DNA from: Eledone cirrhosa
Lineage: Eukaryota
Reading direction: 5' to 3'
Length of the DNA: 64,000 nucleotides
Assembly: GCA_964016885.1 (NCBI GenBank)
Contig: OZ024741.1
Span: 71,796,001 to 71,860,000 of the forward strand
In this document: positions 14,365 through 26,558 of the stretch, in pieces
Numbering within the stretch: position 1 is the stretch's first letter
Layout: the number at the start of each line of letters is the position of its first letter
Position numbers and translations under genes: made by a program
The notes under the pieces: generated by a model
What the model saw: only the letters and a program-made list of their open reading frames with translations
Databases searched by the model: none
What the model was told of the DNA's origin: nothing

Positions 14365-15318
14365 CCTTTTTATGACTATATTTCAGTTAATTAATAAAAA
14401 AATTGTGAGGGATCTACTAAAATTATTATTATTATTATTATTATTTTGTTGCTAAAATAGTAGCTTACCAGTAGATTCATAAATAAAATTATGTTCGAAA
14501 ATTTAAATATAAATGGATGGTTTGTTTCATAGAACCAGAGACTGTTTTGGCTGGATTGGTAGCCCTTTTGTTATCAACCTGCCTGAAACTGCCTTAGTTT
14601 TATGGAACAAAAATTCTTGTATTGTTCATATTTAAATTAAAACCTCCCATCAAAATTTATCTAAGTATAAAAGAAATGAAGAAAAAATATTATTTTACTA
14701 CATTCCTCAAAAGTGTTGGTTATTTTAAACATTAAATGAAACACATACGCAGTGTCTTTCGATAATTATGATTGCCAAATAAATGTATTTTTTCATTTAT
14801 CATATACTTTATTTTGCCATAACAGTACAATTACATGATTTTGATATTTTAACTAATGTTCACTAACTCTGACTTCTAATTGTTTTCTCTCATTTACATT
14901 GACCCTGTATCTTGTTTAAAGTTAACTTTTCATATTCCTTGTCTTCACTGATAAACAACACTTCATTTTTGACACATTACACATCTCTTACTAACAAATA
15001 GTTGCCTTTCATCCTGCTTAGATCTGTTTACTATTTTATTCTGTTATTGGTTTCAATCATTACACTGCAGCTATGTTGGGGCACTGCCTTAAAGGGGTTT
15101 TAGTCAATCATACCCCACTTCAAGTTTATTTCAAGCTTAGTCCTTCTTTCATGAACATTTTCTTGTTGAACACATACATAGGCACACACATTTACATATA
15201 TAGGAATTGAAAGTATGTAAGTCAGTTTCGACAGTTTATGAGCATGGAGTTGTTTGTCTTGTTCATGTTACCATTTTTGTGCTGTCTATTTATCAGTGTT
15301 GTTCCTTATTCATCTGCT

Positions 15319-15361
<43 letters not shown>

Positions 15362-15623
15362 AAACAAAGTTTCATACACTTAACATGAATGTGCTACCAT
15401 TGGTTTCGGAGTCCAGTCATGGCCACCACTGTATATTGGAGAACTTACTTTTAAACCGACGCTTCATTCATGGACAAAGATAGGAAATGGGAAGTAGTTA
15501 TCCATTGACTAATCCTTCCTCTGAACTGTGGATATCTTTATATTTGAAACAGGGGAGGCAAATTTAGCTTGAAATCTGTCTGTAGACTAATATTTTTAAT
15601 TTTTAAAGGTTTTTTTGTCTACT

Positions 15624-15800
15624 CTAGTAGTATATGAAGTTTTCTAGGTGTTCCCACTGCCAATGAATAAAAAGCAATTCTCTTGTATTCAATTCTACAA
15701 CTTTGAAACTCTGAGTCTGAGCTTTATTTATGGTCATAGCAAAACTGGCTCCAACAGGGAACTGAGGTCTTGAGAATTTGAATGAGCAATATAGGCAATT
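15624..15800 (-). pseudogene. Helitron Pif1-like helicase fragment
   Basis: FKFSRPQFPVGASFAMTINKAQTQSFKVV matches the Pif1/Helitron motif FPxxxxFAMTINKSQGQ. Confidence 0.8.
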
Positions 15801-16599
15801 TAACAAAAATATCAAACGATATATACCGGACATCAAATAACTATTTTACTCTCTCGTACATAATTCCTTAATGGCTACATCATATTCCTTAGGATTATCG
15901 ACGAGAGAGAACTAATCATATGAACTCACACCTCTAAAACAAAGAACTGACTGCAATGCACATGGAGTTACGAAAATAACACAGCGTCTCAGTTTTGTCT
16001 ACATGATGAGAATAGGTATATGGATAGCTAGAAATAGCAGCCCAAAAGACTATTCAACAATAAAAAGCTCGACTAAATAACATTCTAAAATGAATAAAGA
16101 TGTCATGTCTGAGAAAATTACAGACACATGCCTGCAATGAAAGCTCAAGGATAAATTCTGAGTTCTTAATACAAATTCAAGAGAGAATCACTTATATGGA
16201 AATATATCAAACAATAAACAGGAGATAATTTGCAAAGAATGTTAGAATATATAATTACAAATGAGCAGTATAGTCAGTTTAAGAAAAATATCAAACGGTA
16301 CATACTAGTCATTAAGTAATGAGAGCAAAATAGCTATTTGATGTACTTACAAGCATAGAAAGAATTGGGTAAGACATCTTCAGTTAACATAGTACAAGAA
16401 TTGTTTTGCAACAGCAAAGAAGAACAATGATACAAACCTCATGGTTATATTGCTACCACAAGGAATGAATTTGTGATTTTTACATATGCCTTTGAATGTG
16501 GTTGAATTTGAATATCAAAGCTCTAGAAACTGTGACATCTGGTTGACAGAATTAGACTCCACAAAGAAAATGGTGATTCCATCAATCCCTTTCCTTGTA

Positions 16600-18345
16600 T
16601 ATTCAAACAACTGCTTTTTAGTTAAAATTTGGTCTCTGTAGGCTTTCTCTTGTTTCTAAGCGCTTGGTGGTCCCACCGATACCATCACAGGCATTCTTGC
16701 CATGGGATGTGGCAAAGAAATGCCATTCTGCTTTTATCTCAAAGTCATTGTCATGGAGGATCAAATTGATAAAGTTTTTGTGGTTCTTATATTGATCTGA
16801 GGACTCATCACTGAAATAAAGGGTCTTAATGAAGTCTTCAAATTCTTCTTCTTTATCCAATAGCTGGCTTCTATCTGTGCTGATCCAATGTTTTTATTCT
16901 ATGGTGGAATTGGTGGTGTGATACAGCTGTACATGCTCGTTTAGAAATTCTTTCAGAACTGATGAGTCTGGGCAACCATCACAATAGTGAAACACACTTT
17001 TCACTTTCAACATCACATACAGCCAGCTTCATGACTTCCTTATAATCAAGGGTATGGTCAATTAATTTAATGTTTTGATGGTATGTGTACATTATGAGAA
17101 CTAGAAGAGCCAACTGGAATGCACCACATAGGCAAATTTTGAAAACCCAACTTTGATATTGGGATATTCAGATTTAAATAATGCGTAAATTTCAGATATG
17201 TTTGCAGGCAAAAGTCTTTTCTACATTTTTTTTTGTTTGTACCATCAGTTCTTTTGATGGTTGTGCAGGCTTTTTTTACTGGGGCACATTCTGCCTATTT
17301 CATCACCCTCATTACTATGCTTGTAAGTTCAATAATGATTGGTACTTTGAAATGGCAAGTTATGTGTCAGTGGAAAATTCTGACATTAATGTTAAATTCC
17401 TTCATCCCAAAAGCCCTGCAAGCCAATTTTTCTGGCCAAGTAATGACGATATCTGTTGGATTCTAATCAAGAACATCATGAAGAGAGTTGATCCACCTTC
17501 CTCTGGAAGCACAGGTCGATCATATTGTTTTTCTCATGATGAAATAAAAGAAGTACAAAGTTTGATGAGACATGATGCTTATGAATAGCTTTTGGTATCT
17601 TTTGTTTCTGATTGTTTCCTGTTATTTTTTACTCATTTCTAGTGAATTTCATTTTCTTGAGCTTTGGAAGAAAAATGTACTTTATGAAATCTACCTTCAT
17701 TGACCTGACCACCCATCAATATGCACCCGGAAGAATTTTTTCCGCTCTTCACCCCACCCCCCTGAATGTATTGCAGAAGTATGAAGCTTCATTTGTCAAT
17801 CACATCGATATTTGTGTATAGTCAGGAGGTCAATGTCCAAGAATTTTTAGGTTTAAAAGATTTCCAAATTGCTGCACATTGATTTTTGGGGCTCTGAACT
17901 ACTCACAAGAGTCGGAATTTCCATTTCAAGCCATTTTCAAGGGACGTAAATAGATTCTTACATCAGTTTAAAATACTTTGTCTACTTTTCTAGACTTAGC
18001 TCCAGGTGCACTTTCAAAATATGTATAGTTTTATATGGTTTTGACTTTGTGATATGCAGTTATTGTTAAAAAATTTAAAAGAACTGTGCAGTTTTCCACT
18101 TTTAAACCCCTTGATACATTGAAAATCAGGCCTTTGTGTAACTGAATTCAAGTGTTTAGTCAAGTTTTCAAGCAATATTGCATGATTAGAGAAGATAAGG
18201 GGTACTCAACAGTTGTTATTCAGATATTTGTTACTTCGAAAACTCTAAACTCCCGCTCCTACTATATTCTCTACCTCCCCTACTTCATGAGGGTTCGCGG
18301 TCAGCCACCCCAATATCTACATCATGCGGCCAAACCTATTCCCCC

Positions 18346-18379
<34 letters not shown>

Positions 18380-21300
18380 ATATATATAAGATAAACCCTT
18401 CAAGTAAATCACATTCGCCAAATTCATCGCTGCTTTCTTCACGGTATATCATGTAACGTAATGTACACATTTTTCTACCATTTCCACACTCCATTCGTAT
18501 CCAGTCCAACCCTCCAATCTTGCCAAATCCTAATGTAGTTTGTCGTATTTCCCAAAACAAATCTGTATTTTTTTGTTATTGCTTGTTTAATACGAGGGTT
18601 TTTGTCGTATTAAACAAAACAAATCTTGTATTTTTGTTATCGCTTGTTAAATACGAGGACTTCATTCAATCCTTACCTTCCCGCTAACTACCCATCACCC
18701 CTCCCTCCCGCCCCCACCAACCACCATTATTATTACGTGGACCAATCATAAGCCAGAGGCCTATACTATCGCTTACCTGGTTGCCTTTCGATATATGATG
18801 GATGGATGGACTACGGAATTCTGGAGAGTGGAAAAGAGAAAAATCTGGACGCTCAGCGACAATGCCAAAGATAAAGACAAATTCACCTCGTGGACGAGAA
18901 TGCGAGCACTCCTCTTTGTTTCGGCCGCGGATGGCTAACATAACCCCATCTCCCCCCGCTCCCCACCGCTCCCACCCTCCAAACGCAATCCAAAACTTCA
19001 GAGTTGGTACCATGAATGTAGGCACCTTAAAGGGTCGCTCTAACGAGGTTGTAGAAATGCTCGAACGTAAGGAGGTCGATGTTTCTTGTATTCAAGAGAC
19101 CAGGTGGAGGGGTGGGTCTGCTAGATTCATTGAGGGTAAAAAACGATGCTATAAGCTTTTCTGGGTGGGAAATGACGATGGGCTGGGTGGAGTAGGAATC
19201 ATGGTAGCAGAAAAGTGGGCAGATAAGATAATAGACGTAAATAGAGTGAACGACAGAATAATTAAAATAAGACTTGTCCTCAATAGAACTACGGTGACAG
19301 TAATATTTGCGTACGCACCCCAATCCGGACTGCCCGGCACTATAAAAGACAGATTCTATGAGACACTGATGCTCACTACCTCCCAAATAACCGACAGTGA
19401 CTATATAATTATCGCAGGCGACCTAAATGGTCACGTTGGACAACATTGTGACGGCTACGACGAAATCCATGGAGGCTATGGGTTTGGTACTAGAAATGAG
19501 GAAGGCTCCAGAATCCTGGAATTCTGTGACGCAAATAACCTAACTATCTGTAACACTAACTTCAAAAAACGAGACAATCACTTGATCACCTATAGATCGG
19601 GGGAACACACAAGCCAGGTAGATTATATCTTTACCAGAAGACGTGACAGAGTGTCTGTTGTTAACACTAAATCCCTCCCCCATGAAGAATTCACCTCCCA
19701 ACATAGACTGATAATTAGCGACCTCATAGTCAGGACGAGACGTACTAGACAGCAGAAGAGGACTATCCTCAGGAGGAAAGAATGGGGTTGTTCCGAAGGA
19801 CTGGCGTAGCAGCATCATCGTTAACTGTTATAAAGGCAAAGGAGATGCCCTAGATAGGAGTAACTATAGAAGCATTAAATTAATCGACCAGGTCATGAAG
19901 GTCACGGAAAAAGTAATAGCGCAACTAATCAGAGAGAGAATTGACCTAGATGAAATGCAGTTCGGGTTTGTGTCAGGCAAAAGTACCACAGACGCTCTTT
20001 TCATTGTACGACAACTACAGGAGAAGTACCTAGCTAAAAGTAAACCCCTATACTTAGCTTTTGTCGACTTGGAGAAAGCCTTCGACAGAGTCCCCCGTTC
20101 CATTATCTGGTGGGCTCTTAGAAAACTAGGTGTCGACGAATGGCTTGTGAGAGCTATACAAGCCATGTATAAAGAAACAGTCAGCAAGGTTAGAATTAAC
20201 AACGAATATAGTGAAGAGTTTAGCGTAAAAGTTGGCGTCCATCAGGGCTCTGTTCTCAGCCCCCTACTATTTATTATGGCCCTTCAGGCTATAACAGAGT
20301 AGTTCAAGACCGGCTGCCCATGGGAACTCCTATACGCAGACAACCTAACACTCATAGCTGAATCAATGGCCGAGCTAGAGAAGAAATTCCAAACATGGAA
20401 GCACGGCCTAGAATCAAAAGGCCTTAAAATTAACCTGGCTAAGACCAAAGTTCTAGTTTGTAGGAAAGAAAATAAGGCGCCGGTCCCTTCCGGGAGGTGG
20501 CCATGCTCAGTGTGTAGGAAAGGCGTAGGTAGAAACTCCATTTGTGTCAGACATGCAAAGTATGGGTGCATAAAAGATGTAGTGGGATCACAGGTAAGCT
20601 AACTAAGAACATAGATTTCACATGTGGCCGGTGCTCTGGTGCAATAAGTAGCAGCAAGTGCCCACAAAATACTAGCTCTTTCAACTGCGCAGAGGGCTCT
20701 ATAGAAATAGTGGACAGCTTCCGTTACCTGGGCAACAAAATCAGCAGTGGGGGAGGGTGCTCTGAAAGTACAGTAGCTTGAGTCAGAACTGGATGGAAAA
20801 AGTTCAGAGAGCTTATACCACTATTAGCCGCTAAAGGGTTCTCCCTAAAAATGAAAGGCAGGTTGTATGATGCCTGCATACGAACAGCAATGTTGCATGG
20901 CAGTGAGACCTGGGCATTGTGTGCAGAGGATATACGCAGACTAGAGAGGAACGAAGCTTGCATGCTCCGCTGGATGTGTAATAGTAATATACGTGAACGG
21001 CAAAGCATAAACGAACTAAGGAAAAAATTAGAAATAAGAGGGATCAGATGTTGTTTACTCGAGAGAAGGCTGCGTTGGTATGGACACGTGATGCGCATGA
21101 AAGTCGATAGCTGTATAACAAAGTGCAGCGCAATAAAGATAGACGGTAGCCACGGAATAGGCAGACCTAGAAAAACCTGGGACGAGCTGATAAACTCCGA
21201 CCTCACACACTTACACCTCTCCAAGACAATGTCACTGGACCGAGACCTTTGGCGGTACTCAGTAATAGAGAAGACCCGCCTTACCTAAATACATAGTAAA

Positions 21301-22065
21301 ACCTACTACAGTCAGTAGGCATCTCTAACAAAATACACCCCCGTCCCACCACCCCACCCCATCCACACAGCCCCCTTCTATGTAAAGTTATGTTGGTGCC
21401 ACACCATCCAGGCCGAAACAAATGAGATCGTGTAGGTGTCACGACAAAAAAACACAGTCCACGCTGTAATGTGGCCGTGTAGGCAACACGGTAAAAACCT
21501 CCCAGACCCACACTGTAAATGTGGTTGGTGTTAGGAAGGGCATCCAACTGTAGAAAACCTGCCAGATAGTCCTATGCGAGCAAGACAATCACTCTTGCCT
21601 CAAGTGGGAAAACCCCCGTCCAAACCCATGCAAGCGTGGAACACGGACGTTAAACGTTGATGATGATGATAACAGCCACCTAAACTTTGAGTTTTTTCAG
21701 AAATAGCCTCCAAGACCCAGATTTTTGAAATGTTCAGTTAACATTTTCAGTTAACATTTTCTTTAGAATGACCAGCTTAAAGCAATTGGCTTTTAGTTTT
21801 TGAGGGATTTCAGATGGTGGAGATTAAGGAAATCCAAAGGCATGTGATAAAGGCCACTGGGAGTACTAGGCCTCTAAAAATCAAATAAATTCAATATTTT
21901 CAAAATTCTGGAAATTGCCCAAATCTTCAAATGACCATAAAATTTGATTGGTAAGTGCTATGGAGCAAATATTTTCAGTAATTACTTCTCTCATGGATAC
22001 CAATAAATGGTGAAAATTTGAAGATAATCTGGACGAACTCTTCTTGAATTTCAGTGGAATGACCC
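16600..22065. mobile_element. Decayed Sola-like (probably Sola2) DNA transposon, internally inverted and interrupted by an RTE
   Basis: Minus strand YFSDxxxxQYKN...AEWHFFATSHGKNACDGIGG; plus strand C-terminal domain YYAC..WY..VKFLHP..FFWPSNDDICW; putative terminus GGAATGACCC at 22056-22065. Superfamily assignment is from memory of the motifs. Confidence 0.6.
18250..21670 (+). mobile_element. RTE LINE family A, copy 1 (internally deleted, with stops)
   Basis: APE ORF 18802-19809, RT fragments 19895-20302 and 20851-21288, and (gat)n tail; about 740 bp missing at ~19779 relative to copy 2. Confidence 0.95.
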
Positions 22066-22367
22066 ATATATCTATTTATGTATATATATAAATATGTATG
22101 TGTGTGTGTATATATATATATATATGTGCGTGTATATATATATATATGTGTGTGTGTATGTATGCTTGTGTGTTTATGTATATATGTATGTTTATGTATA
22201 TGTGTGTATGTATGTATGTGTATATATGTTTGTGTATATATATATATATATATTAATAAAAGAATTCCAACTTTGTCTGATTTACTCGTTTTATTTACAA
22301 TCCTTTAAAATTTATAATGGTATTAGAATGAAATAGTATGGTAGAATATTAAATGTTAAGTGTTAAT

Positions 22368-22406
22368 TGAACAAGTACTTTCATGCTTTCGCAATCTTCA
22401 GGTTCA
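22368..22406 (-). ncRNA. Identical hammerhead motif on the opposite strand
   Basis: Exact reverse complement of 22491-22529. Confidence 0.75.
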
Positions 22407-22490
22407 TATTGTGTGGTGACAGTCAAGTTTGCAATTTTCAACTGAAATTTTCAACTTGAAAATTGCAAACTTGACTGTCACCACACAATA

Positions 22491-22529
22491 TGAACCTGAA
22501 GATTGCGAAAGCATGAAAGTACTTGTTCA
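22491..22529 (+). ncRNA. Minimal type I hammerhead ribozyme motif (Penelope-type)
   Basis: UGAAC-CUGAAGA-U-UGC-GAAA-GCA-U-GAAA-GUAC-UU-GUUCA: stem I UGAAC/GUUCA, GAAA tetraloop on stem II, palindromic GUAC at stem III. Confidence 0.75.
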
Positions 22530-23215
22530 ATTAACACTTAACATTTAATATTCTATCATACTATTTCATTCTAATACCATTATAAATTTTAAAGGATTGT
22601 AAATAAAACGAGTAAATCAGACAAAGTTGGAATTCCTTTTATTAATATAATCTTCTATACACAATCATACACACCCGTGTATATTTATCTATATATATGT
22701 ATATATATATATGTATGTGTGTGTGTGTACATATATATATATATATATGTTGCCGCTATTGTTGTATATTCCACCACCCTCACCATTAATTGATTTGACA
22801 AGTGTCAATAACCCATTAATAAACAAACATTGTTTGGCCAGAGTCTGAGAATTATCACTTACTCATAAACTCATAAATCCCATTTGAATAGATATGTACT
22901 TGAACCCATATATATATAAGCGAACCCTTAAAATGTATGGGCGTTCGTGTGCATGGGTACGTGAGAGTGAATTTGAACCTTGTCTTTTATCTATGTCCTT
23001 GTATTATTGTGTATATATCTAAAAATAGTTTTTTCAAAGAATCCCTGTTCTTTAAAACCCCTAAGCCAACGACCTCCACCCATCCCCAAAATCATCACCT
23101 TCCCCAAGCACCAGAAAACAAATACAACAGTTTTACAAGGACAGTCAGTTTTCCTGATCATTTCTTTTGAATGAAACAGTTTTAGTCTATAACAGGTTAG
23201 GCTATTTTTACATTA

Positions 23216-23263
<48 letters not shown>

Positions 23264-23266
<3 letters not shown>

Positions 23267-24090
23267 ACTCTGATTCCGTCAGGGAAATGGCCATGTTCGA
23301 TATGCAGAAAAGGAACTGGCATAAATTCTATAAAATGTACACAAGAGATGTAGCGGGATAGCAGGCAAACTAACAGGTAAGGAGAAATATGTATGCAGTA
23401 GATGTACAGGGAAATTAGACAGTAGAAGTCGCATTGATAGACACATTTTTCAAATGCAGGAGGGTGCTATAATAGTGGTGGATAGCTTCCGGTACCTAGG
23501 AGATCAGATTAGCATGAGAGGGGGATGTTCCGAGGCCATAGTATCTAGAATAAGGACGGGTTGGAAGAAGTTTAGGGAGTTGCTTCCTCTGCTAACGAAG
23601 AAGGGTTTCTCCCTGCGTACGAAAGGCCGGTTATATGATGCCTGTGTGAGGAGCGCGATGCTGCATGGTAGTGAGACATGGGCAGCAACTGCAGAGGATA
23701 TGCGATGGCTGGAGAGAAATGAGGCAAGCATGCTCCGTTGGATGTGCAGTGTAAATGTGCGTGAACGACCCAGCATGAATGTGTTGAGAAAGAAACTGTG
23801 TCTGAGAGGGATAGAATGTAGTGTACGGGAGAGGAGACTGAGGTGGTATGTGATGCGCATGGAGGATGACCGATGGGTGAAGAAGTGCCAGGAAGTGCCA
23901 GTTGAAGGAAGACGTGGTAGAGGAAGACCACGAAAAACATGGGCGGAGGGGGTGAGAACAGACTTCAGATCGTGGAAGCTCACAGTGGAGATGACGAAGG
24001 ACTGGGACGAGTGGAGAGATGCTGTGCTGAATAAGACCCGTCCCACCCTTGCAAGCAGGGAAGAGCAGACGTAAAATGATGATGATGATA
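23264..24090 (+). mobile_element. 5'-truncated RTE family C copy in a (TA)n tract
   Basis: Starts at the IPSGKWPC finger; ORF 23454-24074; tail cccacccttgcaagcagg...acgtaaaat(gat)n. Another copy lies at ~49200-49677. Confidence 0.9.
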
Positions 24091-24209
24091 CATATATATA
24101 TATATATATATACAATATGTAAAGATAACACACCAGAGAGAGAGATAGTGCGCCATTAATGACAGGGAATAGCGAGAGTCTATGGCTCCATTAATTTATC
24201 GTGATATAT

Positions 24210-24557
24210 GGAGGCACATGGCTTAGTGGTTAGAGAATTGGCCTTGCAATCGAAAGGTTGTGAGTTCAATTCTCAGACCAGGTGATGTGTTGTTTCCTTG
24301 AGCAAGACACTTTATTTTACATTGCTCCAGTTTACTCAGCTGTAGAAATGAGATGATAGGGACTGGCGTGCCTATCATTCCACTGCAAAGTGGTTGTGGA
24401 GGTGCCACGGCAAAAAAGCACCCAGCACTCACTGTAAATGAGGTTGGTTTTTAGGAAGGGCATCCAGCTGTAGAAATCAAGCCAGAATCAGTTCCCGTCC
24501 CACCCTTGCAAGCAGGGAAAAAGCGGACGTAAAATGAAATAAATGATGATGATGATA
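24210..24557 (+). mobile_element. Composite of SINE head, RTE-B 3'UTR and RTE-C 3' terminus
   Basis: tRNA-like head at 24210-24350, B-type UTR at ~24381-24495, C-type end at ~24494-24557. Confidence 0.7.
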
Positions 24558-24611
24558 TATATATATATATAAGTATACATATGTACACACAGATATACAT
24601 ATATGCGTATG

Positions 24612-24935
24612 GGTTATATCGAACATTAATAATAATGTTCGATTCGTTTGTAAACAAACGGCCCGATTAAATCTGTGCTGTATCGGTGACTGATCGTCAT
24701 CCATTTGTTCAACACTGGCTTTGAGGAACAATCAGCATGTTTCTCGATCATTTCCCTTCATCAAGACTGTATATTTCTCTGCTAATCTGTTGAACAGTTG
24801 AAAATATATAGTATTTTCTTAAGTATACATCGGCTGAGTAGCCTCATTTGCTTACCAAGCTAGTTACAGCTGGCCTTGCTGAAAATTAAAGATAAAATTA
24901 GAATGTTATTTCTCACCCTAATGTTCGATATAACC
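24612..24935. mobile_element. Small element with perfect 17-bp terminal inverted repeats in a TA-rich microsatellite
   Basis: ggttatatcgaacatta (24612-24628) and taatgttcgatataacc (24919-24935). Confidence 0.7.
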
Positions 24936-25009
24936 TATACATACATATGTATATGTATATATGGGTGTGTGTATGTGTATATATGTATATATATATATGT
25001 ATATATATA

Positions 25010-26272
25010 TACCCCCACCCCACTGCCATCAACACCACCCCTTTCTGGATTGGTACGACAGAACATCCAGTCCACACAAAAGTGGTTGTGTAGGTATCGC
25101 ACTGTAAAGTAATCATGTAGGAGACATGGCAAAAAGCAGTTCTAATATGTAGAAAGGAAAATAGGGCATGTGTGCCCTCTGGGAAATGGCCATGCTCAGT
25201 GTGTGTGAAAGGAGTAGGTATAAACTCCATTCTATGCCCAAAATGCAAACTATGGGTACATAAAAGATGTAGTGGGATCACAGGCAAATTATCTAAGAAT
25301 GTAGATTTTATATGTCGCTGATGCTCAGGTGCAGTAAGTAGCAAGTGCCCACTAGATACTAGCTCTTTCAACTGCTGAGATAGTTCTATAGAAATAGTAG
25401 AGACTTACTGTTAGCTGGGAGACAAAATCAGCAGTGGAGGAGGATGGAAAAAATTCAGAGAGCTAATCCCGCTTTTGGCCACAAAAGGTTTCTCTCTAAA
25501 AATGAAAGGCAGATTGTATGATGCTTGTATACGAACAGCAAGGTTACATGGCAGTGAGACCTGGGCATTGTCTGCAGAGGATCTGCACAGATTGGAAAAG
25601 AACGAAGCATGCATGCTCTAATGGATGTGTAATAGTAATATACACGAATGGCAAAATGTAAACAAACTGAGAAATTAGGAATAAGAGGGATCAGATGTAG
25701 TTTACTTAAGAGGAGATTACGTTGGTATGGTCATGTGATGCGTATGAAGTTGTATAAAACAGTTGTATAAAAAAGTGCAGGGCAATCAAAATTGATAGAA
25801 GCTACGTAGTAGGTAGACTCAGAAATCCCTGGGACGAGGTGATAAAAACTGACCTTGCAGACTTACACCTCTCTAAGACAATGTCACCGGATCGGGATCT
25901 TTGGCACTATGCAGTAATACAGAAGACTCGCCTTCCCTTACGTACAAACGTAAACCTACAGTCAGTAGGCACCTCTTAACCCAATATACACCCCTCTACT
26001 CCATCCTCCCACACCACCCTTTCTCTGTAAAGTTATGTTGGTATCACAGAACATCCAGCCCACACAAAAGTAGTTGTGTAGGTGTCACAATAAAAAGCAC
26101 CCAGTCCACACTGTAAATGTGGTTGGTGTTAGGAAGGGCATTCAGCCATAGAAAACCAGCAAGAAACAGTTCTATACAAGGGAGACACGGTCACCCGACC
26201 AAAATTGCCTCAAGTGGGACAAACCCATCTAACCCATGCTAACATGGAAGATAGATGTTAAATGATGATGAC
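25010..26272 (+). mobile_element. Older RTE 3' fragment preceded by a piece of RTE 3'UTR
   Basis: Finger-to-C-terminus coding relic from ~25138, then 3'UTR and atgatgatg tail. Confidence 0.85.
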
Positions 26273-26344
26273 TATATAAATCCTTCCCATTCTACTTCTT
26301 ATAAATTACTTTAAATATATATATTATGCTACTTGAAAGTCAAA

Positions 26345-26485
26345 AAAAATCCGCTCTACGCCCTTCACCCTCCAGCTACTCCACGAGGGGCTGCGGTCAG
26401 CCACAATCTCTCTCCCCCTTCCCCTCTCTCTTTCTTCCCTTCCCCTCTCTCTCTCTCTTCCCCTTCCCCTCTCTCTCTCTCTTAG

Positions 26486-26558
<73 letters not shown>

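Larger units (their letters stand above)
22249..22648. repeat. Near-perfect ~400-bp fold-back element in a TA/TG microsatellite
   Basis: Arms ~22249-22441 and 22456-22648 are reverse complements; I found one substitution and one 1-nt indel. Spacer is ~14 nt. Confidence 0.95.

Noticed and set aside
15995-16060. atgatga...gaaatag...ctatt hammerhead-like pattern within short repeats (15806-16346)
   Set aside because: Core position 3 is wrong and stems I/II are unconvincing
19770-19790. The ~740-bp deletion in RTE-A copy 1 as a spliced intron
   Set aside because: The missing segment (28054-28795 in copy 2) has no GT donor; a simple deletion is more likely
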